Positions 37,681 through 50,580 of a DNA stretch of 64,000 bases are shown here, piece after piece. The translations under genes and the position numbers were made by a program. The notes under the pieces were generated by a model that saw only the letters and a list, made by a program, of their open reading frames with translations, was not told where the DNA came from and made no database searches. The stretch comes from Hydrolagus affinis (Eukaryota): NCBI GenBank assembly GCA_012026655.1, contig JAAILG010001506.1, forward strand, positions 1-64,000, read 5' to 3'. The stretch's first letter is position 1; each line of letters begins with the position of its first letter.

Positions 37681-38846
37681 TTTTTTCCCCCCCCCCCATT
37701 TTAGATTTTTAGTTTTAAGAATATTTTGTTGTGTGGCCTGATTTATTTTCACTGCTCATGTTACACGTTTCTCCTTTACCTGTTGGCATTTCGGGATCAA
37801 TTTTCGGTTTAATGAAAACATGATTGCTTTCCGAATAGAACACATGGAGCGTAATGTTTAGTTTCATGCCTTTGGTTGGTCGGTGTTCTGTTCATTCTGA
37901 TCTGTTGTTTCCTATTGGAATACTTGTACTGATCACGATATGCTACACTTGAAATGTGAACAGCATCTGTTGCATAAAATTCATGGGAAGGACAAAAAGT
38001 ATCTGGAAATTGTCAGAATGTTTTTATGGGTGGTTAAAGGGGAGTTGGGGGTGGTGGTGGGGGGATTTCTCATTGCAATCAATGACAGTGATTTTTATTT
38101 TCTTTGTGATCTTATTCTCCAATGTTTTGCTCCCGAGAAAACAAACAATTTTCCTCACTGAGAAACACGATGAATAACTCTGTAATAATAATCATTTGCT
38201 TTCGATGTGGTGCCTCGTCGAGTGTTCTATCTAAATGTTTCACATCTCAAAGCCCTTCACAGAATGTACGGTAATGTGAATTGATTTGTGTGTTTTGCAC
38301 TATTTCATACACAGACAATATCTGTATCTACGTGGAATTCCTGAGATTTTCATCTGACGGTGAAGGTTGACGCAACTCAGATGATTATATGCAATTTGTT
38401 GGTGAATTGACATTTGTACGTATAAAGAGAATGCCACTCTAGCTTCAAATTAGTTGATTTCTCAAAAGTGATTCAAACAAAAAAAAAACACAACCAACTG
38501 CCATGGAGTTTATATGGAAAATCAGAGTAAAGGTCAAGAATAATTGCTTTGTTTAGCAAACTATGGAGCAAAACTAGTTTAAACATAGAATCGTAGAGGA
38601 GGATCTGCTGAACATTAATGATGAGAAGGTTGAATCCCAATCTACTAACTACTGATGGACTACATCAGCCCAAAGTCATCAACGCATGTAGTAACAACAA
38701 CAACAACAACAACAACAAAATTACATATGCCTTTCATATCGGGAGGACGTCCCAAGATGTTGGACCAAATAGCCATTGTGGATAGATCCAGCTAAAATTC
38801 TGTGGGCCTAATTTACGTACAATACTTAAGCGTTTAATGCTCATTG

Positions 38847-38977
38847 AGTCCCACAAACAGTCATGGATTGAAATGACCAATTTTATTATTGTGATTTTTT
38901 TGGAGGGATTATTATTAGGCGTGTGGAGTAAGGAAACTTGCCCAAGGTTTTGCCCTGATCTGCCTGGATTCGAAACA
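38847..38977 (-). mobile_element. SINE internal fragment
   Basis: Family match. Confidence 0.85.
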
Positions 38978-39479
38978 CTGATAAAAGGCAAAGATATGTG
39001 ACGATCTTGTTTCTGACTGAACAATAATATTAATGAAAGTATGTGTTTATTTAAGAAGGAAATCTAACATGGTGTGATTGATGCAATTGGAGACAAGCAA
39101 TCCCACAAAATATAGTCAATTTACTTTGCAGTATATTCTGTGGTGGGCTTTGAGACATCTCAACAATGTGATAAGGCACTATATGAAATGGAAAGATTGT
39201 TATTGTAACATTATAAGTTCTCACCAGAGTGATTAGCTGGTACCACCTGACTGTTGTGGACAGAGATGAGGGCTGCGATCACTGCCAATAAATGAGTCAG
39301 TTCTTCCTGCTCTGAAGAAAAGGGAAAAATGCTCCCATCCCTTTGTATTGTACAACAGCCACCGCCATGACTAGAATACGTCTGACAGAAAATATGCAGT
39401 ACAGATGCCAGTTGAACCATTATTATTGGTGTTTGCTCCACCAATGAAACGATCTGATGGGCTCCCAATGGCATTCTAA

Positions 39480-39860
39480 TTTCCTCAAGCTCCTAAAATT
39501 CTTCCTCAGCTTGTCTCTATCTAATTTCCTCATTTTGTGGTCAGTCGGGCGTCTTGACACTTGTGGAAAACTATGGACCTGTCAGCACTGTCTGCAGCTT
39601 GGGGATCTAGTACCATTCCTCACCTATTAAGACTTGGATTGCATGATTAACAAGTGGGAAGTATGTCCCTGTTCCCCATGACCCATGACCCTACAAGTCT
39701 TGCTGATAAGTCGGGTTGCCTGGTTTGTCATCGGCTGTACCTTGGAGGACTGTCGACCCGCCTGCCTTAGGATCTCAGGCAGTTCACGAAACCATTGTAC
39801 TTTAAATGCCTCAGTAGACATTGTTCCAATTGCTACTCTTGGCAATTCATTCCAACGGTG
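39480..39860 (-). mobile_element. Possible degenerate zinc-knuckle ORF1/gag relic (Tx1/L1-like)
   Basis: Minus peptides KTCRVMGHGEQGHTSH and CRQC*QVH resemble broken CCHC knuckles. Confidence 0.3.
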
Positions 39861-42129
39861 GTGATGAATTCAGCTTATTTCAGTCTTTTCCCCACAGTTT
39901 GGGGGAGGTGATGTCTTTGATCTTTCGCATTATTGCCGCATTGAATGACAATTGTTTTTTTATGTAGTGACTCCGGGCAGGCAGTTTGGACGTTGATTCT
40001 TTGGAAATGTATTACAGTACATCTAAATGTTAGGAGATTAAAGCTGTGTTTAAGGTACCTTTTGAATCATTGTGGGTAAATATGTCATCGTTAATAATAA
40101 CTGCCCTACCAAGAAGGACAAAACCTAGATTTACAAAGGTTTCGTAACAATCAGGATGGAAATAGTGAAGTGTGATGCTATTTGTGCAGAAGAGAACTTG
40201 ACCCTAATCTCTAACATAAAATTCATTATTATGGGGAGAATATTGGAAGACCTGTGTTGGAACAGAGGAAATCTTTAGTAGTCGATACTTTATTTTGCCA
40301 ATAATATAATGCAAAGTGAGCATTCTCGTGATTGCCGGAATGGGGAATTGCCCCGGGAGGGGGGGGGGGTCGCGCAATCCTGTTGATCGGGTCACAGATA
40401 AACGGTGTATATGGTTTCCTCACGAAACAAGGAGAACCAAGTAATAATCCCTGTATATATTTGTTCAAGACATCATTGACTGCTTGATGTAGACACTTCT
40501 GGGTACGTCTGTCAGCAAGCTTCATTTGTTTACTTGAGCACTTCACTTTTAAGACTAGTTGGAATGTTTGACACACATTGTTTACCAAGTTCTCAGGGGA
40601 GTCAATAGACTTCAACTTGAAACCTAATCAATGCCAACAAGAAGGAAGCAAAAGCCAACAGAAAGAGAGTAGGGGACTGCTATTGGGTCCACATTTCAGT
40701 TTCTCAACCAGCACTAACTGATCTTAACGTTAACGTGATGATGTACTTTCTGCGCTGAGGAATGCTTTTAGACAAATGCTTCCTTAATGGGCCTTAACAA
40801 GGTCTTAATAAACAGAAATCGATGTGATTTCACCAATTGCCCTTGGGTTTGCAGAGGGTGGATAATGGGCAAGAGCATTAACGATCATTAGCTGGATCGC
40901 CGAGATTCCAACTTGCAAGCTGATACGGTATCAACAAGGAAATTCTTCTCCCAAATCTCTATTTTTGATCAGGTTTGACATTCTGCTGGCTATTTTGAAC
41001 AGTTGATGTACAGGCTGCAGTGTTTTTTCTCTGGCCTCTGAAAGTATGTGGTAATGTGAATGTGCCACTGCTTTCATTTCTCTCAGCGTCGTGGCATTTT
41101 AAAAGGGCTGTTTTGACCTTGACAAAATGTAGCCAGTGATATTTCTTAAAAGTTGTTGTATATCGTGAGCTGCAGCGGCAGTGTGTGCAGCAGCACATCC
41201 TTTGCCAGAAAAGCGTTATAAATTATCCTTGGAAAATGTTTACAACGAGGAAGGTCGGAGATGATGGCCAATGAGTAAATGGGAAGATTGGGAATGACAG
41301 CCAATGAATGATTGTGAAATCTTATTCCGGGTAAGTCTAATCCATCACAAAGTCTCCTCTCTCGGCAACATTTCACAAAACGCATGAGTGATTCAATTCT
41401 ATGGAGAGCAGAGGAAAGAGTAAATAAACAAATAATAAATAAAGTGAATAAATCCTAAACTGTTTTTACGAACAGTTTCTCTGGTAAAGAATTCTTAATC
41501 CAGTTTTTGAGATAATGGACTCTTTTTCCTCCCCACTTTGTGCATCGAGTTGTCTGATTTATGCTTCCTGATGTATAGCTGCTTATAACTCTGCCAAAAT
41601 AATAACTTGAAGTGCGTTATAACACAAGCCATAAGTTTACAGACACACTGAAATGCTGATTATCTGAGAAACGGCTCTAGCACACTTCTGGTTAGCCTGA
41701 ATTCACTGTTTTATTCCATAGCTATAATGAAACCTGTCCTAAAGATCATTAAGGATGATTAAGCTTGCATTTGCAGCTGAACCAAAATAAATTAGTGTGG
41801 GTGTCGGCTAGCCACGTGTGACAAATTGAATTTTTCGCCCAAATTGGTCTGAATTAGATTATATTCGGATGTATTAGGAAAAAAGCATAATACCCAATGC
41901 ATAGAACTAGATATTGCCTCTAATATACAGACACATTGTACAGGCATGTTGCCGAGAAAATAAGTATTTTGTTATGCATATGCAAATCGGATTTGTATGT
42001 ATCTTCTCCTGCCGTGTAACCATTGGAAAATCGGTGATTGTCTCAGCCTGGAGGTACAGCAATGCACGCAAAGTTTTTTTTTGTCAGATTATTCCTAGTT
42101 GTGGTGCGGTAATCGGCATCCGCTGGTGT

Positions 42130-42600
42130 GGCAGACGGCAACTTTCAATGTTGTGATGGTGGAGAGAGAAGTGATTTTTTTGCTTGGTCAACCAGGCGTC
42201 TGACACATACGGAAACCCCATTACCATGCTTAAGAGTATCCAAACCAAACTGAGATTTCCATGGAAATCCCACCTACACATGGAAGTCCCCAGAGGTAGA
42301 TTGCTGGAATGAAATGCCCTGGAGGGAGTCATCCTGCTTATCAAATTCCGGAAAGTATTATGGCTAGGTTGGCAAGAGCCAAGGCTTGGGGATTCCATAA
42401 TGTGTGTTGGGGTAATGCTGGAGTCCAATCAGCTAAATCTGCTTAGCTTGCCATTGATTGTCCAGCAATCGTGCTGCTTATCCATCTAGGACCATCCTAC
42501 CCATTCGGTCTTTGGTTTTCAGGATTAGCAGGAGCTGAGTGGAATTACACCCTGCCCCCAATGCCCTTCCAGGTCCTGTAAAAGAGGTCTCTGCATGAAT
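42130..42600 (-). mobile_element. Ancient CR1-clade fragment, third copy
   Basis: aattccggaaagtattatggctaggttggcaagagccaagg aligns with ~24750-24790. Confidence 0.6.
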
Positions 42601-42682
42601 CACACGTCATCAAAAAGGCTAGAGTTGGCCTGTCAGTGAATCCACCGATTTGGGAACACAAAACATTTGAGAAGTGATCTAA

Positions 42683-42733
42683 ATCTAATCTACCCACAAT
42701 TACCTTTGGTGCCTAATTGTGGGTGGATTAGAT
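42683..42733. other. Near-perfect 20-bp hairpin
   Basis: atctaatctacccacaatta-cctttggtgcc-taattgtgggtggattagat. Confidence 0.9.
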
Positions 42734-42979
42734 CCATCCAAACTGCTTCCTGGTTTGGTGGTATGCTCAGTCTTGGGAGGTCTAAATTGAATCACTAATA
42801 AAGTGGATTAAGGGAGTGAATAAATAAGGGAAACCATTCTGATTTGTTTCACCATTGTTTCACCATTCAAATTGTCAATGGACAAGGGACAAACATTCTC
42901 TTTTATTCTCCATCTCAATTTTTTCCTTCACACTTTATTAGCAAGGACCTCATGTGCATGAGGGAGAGAGAGCATTAGG

Positions 42980-43066
42980 TGATAAAGAGAGGTGGAGGCT
43001 CATGTGAAGTATAAACACCAGCATGGACTAGATGGGCCAAATCACCTGTTTTTGTGCTGTAAACTC
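42980..43066 (+). mobile_element. CR1 3' tail
   Basis: ataaacaccagcatggactagatgggccaaatcacctgtttttgtgctgtaa. Confidence 0.75.
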
Positions 43067-43787
43067 AAAGACTGCTTGTTATACAGGTATTCTACTTCAA
43101 ACAATAGCCCAATAACATTCACTATTCCAACATAAGCAAGTACTGAGATGTGTGTCCTATGAAGAATTCCCAAGTTCATTCCCAAAGTGGCCATTATGGA
43201 TGGGTTGAGATTTGAAAACAAATAGTTCACCGTGCTAATTCAAAGGAAGAGTAGTCATACACAATATCTGAAGCAATATTGGTTAGGATACCATTACTGA
43301 TGATTTAGCTGTTTGAATAGCACAGAATAGTTATCATGTCTCTCATGATTGAGCTGCCAGCCCTGCACAATCCCATCAAAAAGCACATAATGAAAAAAAT
43401 TGCTAATGTTGGTGATCAGCGAATGAAAGACACCCAACATAATTTGTCCAACAGTTGAGGGTCTCTATTTAATGCAAGACAATCACCTCAGATGTTGACC
43501 TCGGTGCAATTTTGTCAATCTTCAAAGTCCTAATGGTTGACTGGCTGAAAAAATAGCCTTTCAAGTTGGTTTTCAAGTCAATTTTATTTTCAATATTACT
43601 ATAAAGTACGCCCAACAACCTAAATTTTTCATACTAGACTAGAGGGTCTGGATGGGGTGAATGATCTACTCTCGTTCTTTCATTTAATCTTATTATATAT
43701 CATCTTTCATGTAAAAAGAAATCTCCAAGGATTGAACAATAGGAGCTACTAGTGCAGAGCAAGAAATCACAAAGAAATTTATAGGTA

Positions 43788-45962
43788 ACTATTGGTTCCG
43801 GCGAGATAGTTAAGAAGTCTTTGAAAACAGGCAAAGTAAGAAATTTTGGTGCATTCATCCCACCTTATGGTTTTACCTGTACCACCAGCTGCATCAAGAA
43901 AGATAATGCCTCCTTCATTGTGGTCAACTTGGTGAAGGATGCTCTGATATGCTGCAGCTTGATCTTCTGTCATAGTCGATGCTGCATTTCATCCTGGTTT
44001 TTGTTGAGTTCCCGGGCAAATTTCTCTGAGCAATGTAACATCTTCTGTTCTCGGCAGTACAGGCAGACTATGTATAGTGTGACGATTTGGTGTGTTTCCC
44101 CACGATGCTATTAGATATTGCTGTGAGCAGGACCCATCTTTCATGCAGAGAGATTTTCTGTTGAATTGTCCACACGGGTCAGGTCATGAATCACATGTCT
44201 CTTTATGATTTCAAAGAGCACAGAGTCTTGGTCTGGGTTTGGCAGTTTTGCAGAGACGACTGGCGATTTGGTTACGGTGCATTTTTTCGATAAGCCACAG
44301 AAGAATGTACGGACAGGGAAGACCATGGGTTTGCCACTTGATGATGTAGAGATAGTAATGGACTTTGCCAAAGACATCATTTTTCAGTTTAAGACCTTTG
44401 AGGTGGTTAACCCTGATTATGAGATCATGTGGCTTGATCATCTCCCAAATTACAGTTGCAGGTGAATGTGATGAATAGGTCAGGTCAACTGTAGTTCTCG
44501 CACTTAGCACAATGTATCCTGGGTTCTTTCAGGCATTAACCATGATCCCACCCCATGGTCCTACTAGTTGGCAAGATGACCAGTTGACTTCCGTTGCTGG
44601 CAGCTTAATCGTTTCTAAGTGTATCGTACAAATGAATGTACTCCTCAGCCCTGAGTTTCTTCTGGTTCAAGAGAAAAAAAAATGGAGTCTCTGAGCTTCG
44701 ATCTTGGCATACATGTCTACGGTGAATTCATTGATTGACGGCAGAGTTTTTGTACGCAGAAGAATGTTATAATCGCCTTCACGTTATATCAACCCGTGCG
44801 CACAATGAGCCCTAGCAGACACCTTTATGTCAGGGCTCGACTGTCCAGTGCTGAGATTTCTTTGCCATATCTGAAAAATGGTCGCCATCTTCACCATGTG
44901 GGAATAATATTGGGTACAAGAGAACATTGCAAGCCCTGTTAGTCTCACACACTCGTTTGAGTTTGCCTGTCATGTTGCTGCAACACAAAGTCTTCATTTC
45001 CATGTTATTCACCCACAATCAGGAGAGCACAAATTATATTTCCTAAAGTTTGGCTAGAAAAAAATGCTTAGTTAGAATTACATGACGTACCTTCCAGAAG
45101 ACGTCTCCGGGGTTCAGGGCCTCCGAGTGGCTCCGGTTTCACCATTCCAAGCGAGCAACACATTGAAAGGAACTTCTTTTGGCCATTTTGTGGCTCCACA
45201 ATAGGTTGACACGTTCAACATTTTTCCAATGTGACCGACGCCATCTGATTCGCAGCCTCCTCCCGGATGATAGTTGAATGTCGGCAAATGAAGCGACCTT
45301 TGCTACTGGTTGTCATTTTACCATATTCTAGCATGCCTTCCTGCGTCTCAGTCCAGCCACACTGTTGTTTGAGTGGGCGAGCCATTTTGGCGCGCTTTTG
45401 CAATTCTTTCAGCATTTAAAGTACAGCCGTTGCTGCTCTTTGTTCTTCAATTTCATTGCGTGGGCCTTCTCTCTTGTGTCTAGGATGTTCAGTTGTCCTT
45501 GAAAGGTTTGATTTTCGCGTAGACGTATTGATAGCGAAGAATGTAAAGGTATCATTTACAATCACTGAGGTGTCCTCCTGACGTGAACGGTGCTTTAAAA
45601 TTGTCATTTTATTTTATTGCCGCAACTTAGCTTCGTCTGTGTTCTTCATTTTGTTCTTGGCGACTTGCATCAGCTACCGCACCCACCAGATGTAACTGCA
45701 GTGTGTGCATATATACATACCTAGGTACCCTGTGGCGTATGTTGCTATAGTGCCACTTTGACTCGGTGGCCACCAGGTGTAACTGCAGCAACAAGCTTGT
45801 AACTGAAACACTGAGTTTTAGGTAACAACTATGACCAACAGTTGATACCCAAAAACAAATATGCCCATGTCACTCCCAGTCGCAAGACCTTGATGACAAT
45901 CGGTTATTGAGATCCTTCTTGAAGTGCAGACAGACCGTGTAATTTTATTAGTGTGTATATAT
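43788..45962 (-). mobile_element. Helitron relic (Rep/PIF1 helicase pseudogene), internally deleted
   Basis: LYPILFPHGEDG, VDMYAKIE, PDLFITFTCN (Rep motif 1), YIIKWQTHGLPCPYILLWL (motif 2), IIFLDAAGGTGKT (Walker A), WDEC (Walker B). Confidence 0.92.
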
Positions 45963-46591
45963 GTACAGCTGAATTATACTGAAATGTCTGAAATTGTTTT
46001 ATGGCTGTACCCTTTGCAGCTACGCTTGGAATCAAATGATTCAATATGGAATGTAGATTTCAGTATTATTTTAGTTTAATATGATACTTTATATTACATT
46101 ATTATACTTTATAATGTATAAAAATAGAAGATTCCCCAAACTATGCCCACGGTTTTCTCTGTCGCTATGTAGCGGAATATTAGTACAGATTCATCTCATT
46201 ACAGTGTGTGATTTCCTCTGTGGCTACATTATACACGTACCTATTGTTTGGGCAGTTAAAGTATTTTTTAATAAAGCTCATCAACAATAGGAAATTGCCG
46301 AAAAAATATATCCACATAACACTCACGCACAGCAAGCTATTTCCAATGAAATATAAATCATGTCTCTACGTCAATTAATTATTGAGTTCTTGGCTGATAC
46401 ACATGCACACATTGTCGTTTTATTAGTAAAGATTACTGTCGTATGTAATAACTGGAGGATTTTTGGCCAGGATATCTGGAGAAACTCCCTTTTGTTCCTC
46501 CTGGCATGAGATCTGTATTGTTCATCTGAACATGCAGTTGAGACATTGGTTTGAATTTTTTTTTGAAAATGCTTAATATTTTTATGGCATA

Positions 46592-47238
46592 TCATAGAAT
46601 TCTTATGTTCTTAATTTTACGGCACAAAAGGAGGCCATTCGGCCCATCTAGTCTGTGTCAGCTCTTTGAAAAGAGCAACTCAATCCCACTGCCCAGCTCT
46701 CTCCCCATAACCTAAGAGACCTGTTCTCCCTAAATAAAGATCTAATTCTCTTTTAAAAGCTGTTATAGAATCGACCTCCACCACCTTTTCAGGCAATGCA
46801 TTCCAGATTCGAACAACGCGCTGAGTGAAAACATTTCTCCTCAGCTCCCCTCTGCTTCGTTTTGAAACTATTTTAAATCTGTGACCACGAGTCACTGATT
46901 CGCCCACCAGTGCAAACAGTTTTTCCTTATTCACCCTGTCGAATCCCCTCATGATTTTATAAACTTCTATTAGGTCTCCTCTCAACCTTCTCTGTTCCAA
47001 AGAGAATAAATCTAGCCTATCTAGCCTTTCCCCATAACTGAAGTCCCTCAATCCTGGTACCATTCTAGTAAACCTTCTTTGCACCCTTTCCAATGCCTTA
47101 ACATCCTTTCTATAGTGTGGTGACCAGAATTGGAAACAGTTCTCCAGCTGAGGCCTAACCAAAGTTTTATAGAGGTTAGTCAGCACTTCCTGACTTTTGT
47201 ACTCTACACCCCTATTTATAAAGCCTAGTATCCCATAT
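46592..47238 (-). mobile_element. Young CR1 3' fragment with an uninterrupted 168-aa ORF2 C-terminus (46680-47186)
   Basis: NLYKTLVRPQLENCFQFWSPHYRKDVKALERVQRRFTRMVPGL...WNALPEKVVE. Confidence 0.97.
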
Positions 47239-47357
47239 TACAATAAAATGCAGGAAACAGACTGAGCCTCTGGCAGTAGTGCCACAACATTTAAAGTTAG
47301 AATGAGTGAAATTTGAAATTGCTGGACTTACACATTTGGAATGAGTTACGGAGTTTA

Positions 47358-48305
47358 CAACAGGAACAACAAAATTGCATTTGTTCAGCACCTTTCGAGT
47401 CGGGAGGACATCCCAAGGTGCTAAACAATCAGGGGGTCAGGATCCGAGCATGGGGGGTGAGGGTGGGGTTGGGATGATGGAGGGCAGAGAGGTAGGAGGG
47501 CGGCTGATGGCACGGTCAAAAAGGAGGGTCTTGAGACTGGCCTTGAAGTAGGCAAAGGAGGGAGGGAGCAAGGCAAAGGGAGTGTGGGATGGAGTTCCAA
47601 AGGGTGGAGGCAGAGAGGCTGAAAGCCTGGCTGCTGATGGTAGGGCGGGTCGGGCTGGAGACATGGAGCCTGCTGAAAGGAGGGAGCGGACAGGTTGATA
47701 GAGGTTCAGCAGCACACAACACTAGGAGGAGGCAAGGCCGTGAAGGGCCTTGAAAGTAATATCCCGGAGCCCTACTCACAGATGGATGGGATGTCATTTG
47801 TGACTTTGACCAGAGCAGTTTCCCTGCTGTGAGCAGCACAGAAACCCGATTGAAGGGGCTTGTGAAGGTAGTGGTAGGAGAGGAATGAGCAAAGCTTGGA
47901 AGCAACAACTCTTTCAAGGACCTTGGGGGGGAATAAAAAGGGAGGTTGGAGATGGCACAGTAGCTAGAAAGCAAGGATGCTTCCAGAAGGTTTCTTCAGG
48001 ATGGGGGTGATTGTAGATGTTTTGAGGGGAATGAGAACACTGCCAGATGATAGGGAGAGAGATTGCTGGTGTTGTAGAGTAGAGGGGCAAGGAGGTGAAG
48101 CTGGGAGTTAAGATGAGGGGTGGGTATGGGATCAAGGGAACAGGTGATGTGTGGTATGGGTGATATTTTGAAGATGAGAGAGGAGGGTGAAACAGGTTCG
48201 AAAATGTGGATGGAGGAATGGGTAGGAGTCAGATAGTGGTGGGAGATGGAGAGAGAGTGGTGGTTGGGAGGGCAGGGGCAGCTGAATGGATTTCCTCAAT
48301 TTTGG
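47358..48305 (-). mobile_element. L2 fragment with internal deletion
   Basis: FKASLKTLLFDRAI, STLWNSIPHSL, AISNLPFYS; L2 tail at ~47360-47430. Confidence 0.9.
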
Positions 48306-48750
48306 ATTTTAGGACATGTAACAGTCAGATGGTGGATTAAAACAATACAGCTAGACTTTTATGTAGGCATAAAAATGCGCAGGATAAGTTAAAAGCAGTA
48401 ATTTTTCTGACGTATTTCTGTTAACCACCAAAAACTTGCATCAAGTTCATTCTCAATAGCTTATTTAATCACCTGAAGGAAGAGAAAAAGGTAGAAAAAG
48501 CAATGTTTCTTTGCAGCAACGAGGTGAAATGTCCATTGATCCCTAGGTTATGCATCCCTGCCTTTTGCACTCATTAATGTACATTATTCTGGGCAAATGA
48601 GGATTTGTCTCAGTCATTAACGGACACCTCACAATTTTTAGGGCTGGTTAGGCTAATAGCATTCATAAATCACGCAGACCGAAACCCTACTTGGTGTGGA
48701 AGGTGCTATACAAGAGCAAGTTAATGTTTACATGCCTGTCCATCTTACAC

Positions 48751-48930
48751 TAATAATAATTATCTTTGCATTTGATATAGCGATTTTCACATCTTCTGGA
48801 CTTCTCAAAGCGCTTCACAGAATATACTGTAAAGTGAATTGACTGTATATATGTGGGCAAAACGCAGCAGCCAATTGTGCACTGCGGTGTCCCACAAACA
48901 GTCGTGGATTGAAATGACCAATTTTTTTTT
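48751..48930 (-). mobile_element. SINE 3' fragment
   Basis: Family match. Confidence 0.9.
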
Positions 48931-49439
48931 TACAATATCTACAATAGTTAAATATATAAGGCTGTGAAAAGATGAAAAGTCACATTCCAAATTGGCAACA
49001 TGAAAAAATGCAACTATCCTTCGGGTATCTTGATTGAAACCTCTGCCTTTTGAACAGCAAAATATTTACCGATTTAATTAAATAGTGTCTACACCAGGAT
49101 TAAACAGCCAATTACTAAGTTGTCCACTGCCACAGTGGTAAAAGAGAAAGATGGCCTACAATTATGAGTCAATGAGACCCGATCTTGGATTAAAACGGAT
49201 TCCCTTCAATCAAGTAAAATCATTAAAATTGCCATTGTGGTTCAATTTACGGATGAAATGTCATCATTTGTCACCTGTCTTGGTTCAGTACCTAAGGTGA
49301 TTATTTAATGAATGCCTTTCCTTTCAGTATTACTATTGTGCACCTGAGGTCAACTCCATTAAGATTACCATTTAGATGCAGCAGTCTATTTATTTATTTT
49401 TTTACTTTATTTTTATAATTAGCTCTTTATTTTCTTTCC

Positions 49440-49665
49440 TCTAAATGAAATGATGCTTGTTAATCTAAACGCTGCAATGGTCTCCCCTATTGATTGCAGT
49501 CAGTGTCACCTTTTGGCCAAAACCTACCGGCAGTCTCATTTGATTGAAATTCTCCCGCATATTCTCTTTCAATTGAAGACTCGCAAAACTCAAGCTCTTG
49601 TTTCCAGAAGTAGATTATCTTGGATTGATATTCCCCTGATTCGGCTTGACGCATCCCCAATTAAT
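49440..49665. promoter_or_regulatory. Putative conserved non-coding element
   Basis: Unique sequence with taatct, tgattg, caattaat motifs; conservation not tested. Confidence 0.25.
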
Positions 49666-49668
49666 GAA

Positions 49669-50007
49669 GGGATTGTAGCTTTAGTGATTAGAGCGCTTGC
49701 CTCGCAAGCGAGAGAGGACCTGGGTTGGATTCGCAACCAGGCAAAATGTTGAGCACGTTTCCTTGTACACCATGTGCCTCTGTTTCTCTAGCAGTCTAGA
49801 GATTGCTAGGTTATCGGATTGCTTTCTGGTAATAGTAATTCCTTCAAAGGAAAATTGGTCACCCAATCCACAACTGTTTGTGGGACACTGCTGTACGCAA
49901 TTGGCTGCTGTGTCATGGCTCACAAAACATACACTTGATGGTATATTCCGTGAAGAGCTTTGAGACGTCTCAAAGTCGATAATATGCTATATCAAATGCA
50001 AGGATTA
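49669..50007 (+). mobile_element. tRNA-derived SINE, long variant
   Basis: Head plus tgtgcctctgtttctctagcag middle, Deu segment and tail. Confidence 0.85.
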
Positions 50008-50254
50008 AAAAAATATATATTATTATTTGTGTGACTTGAATTCCTTGTTAAATAATTGCATTAATAAACACTAGCAATGAAACCCCAGGTTTTTCAGATC
50101 AACGTAACATTCACAAGGCTCGCTGCAGAAGAGGTGCCTTTCACATCTCCACGCTTAATCTTTGGTGATCAGGAATGAGTGAAACATTACATCAGCATTC
50201 TATAAAAATTGGTTTAACAAATAATTATGTGTTGAAATCCATAAGAGAGCAACG

Positions 50255-50580
50255 CAATACAGTACAACTTTATGTTGATGTAGCACCTTTCAAATCAGGA
50301 GGACATCCCAAGATAGTAAACAATACTGGTTTAGCATTTGAGGTGGAAGCTAAGGTTAGTTGGTGGGGGACGGTGGTGGGTGGTGGGGGTGGAGAACGGG
50401 ATGGGGGTGGAGAACGGGATGGGGAGAGAAAAAGCTGACCAACAGCGAAGTCAAAGAGGGAAGTTTTGAGACAAACCTTGAGATGAGGGGAGTTGGAGAG
50501 ACTCTTGGATGAAGCATTAGAAATTTGGAGCAGAAAGACTGAAAGGCCTGTCCTTTGATAGAAGGTTGGGTGGACAAATT
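50255..50580 (-). mobile_element. Old L2 3' fragment
   Basis: tagcacctttcaaatcaggaggacatcccaag; PSIKGQAFQSF. Confidence 0.7.

Noticed and set aside
36421-37704. Cluster of overlapping 100-170 aa ORFs
   Set aside because: GC-rich L2 fragments and simple repeats
46680-47186. Intact 168-aa ORF as a host gene
   Set aside because: It is the C-terminus of CR1 ORF2 in a 5'-truncated copy
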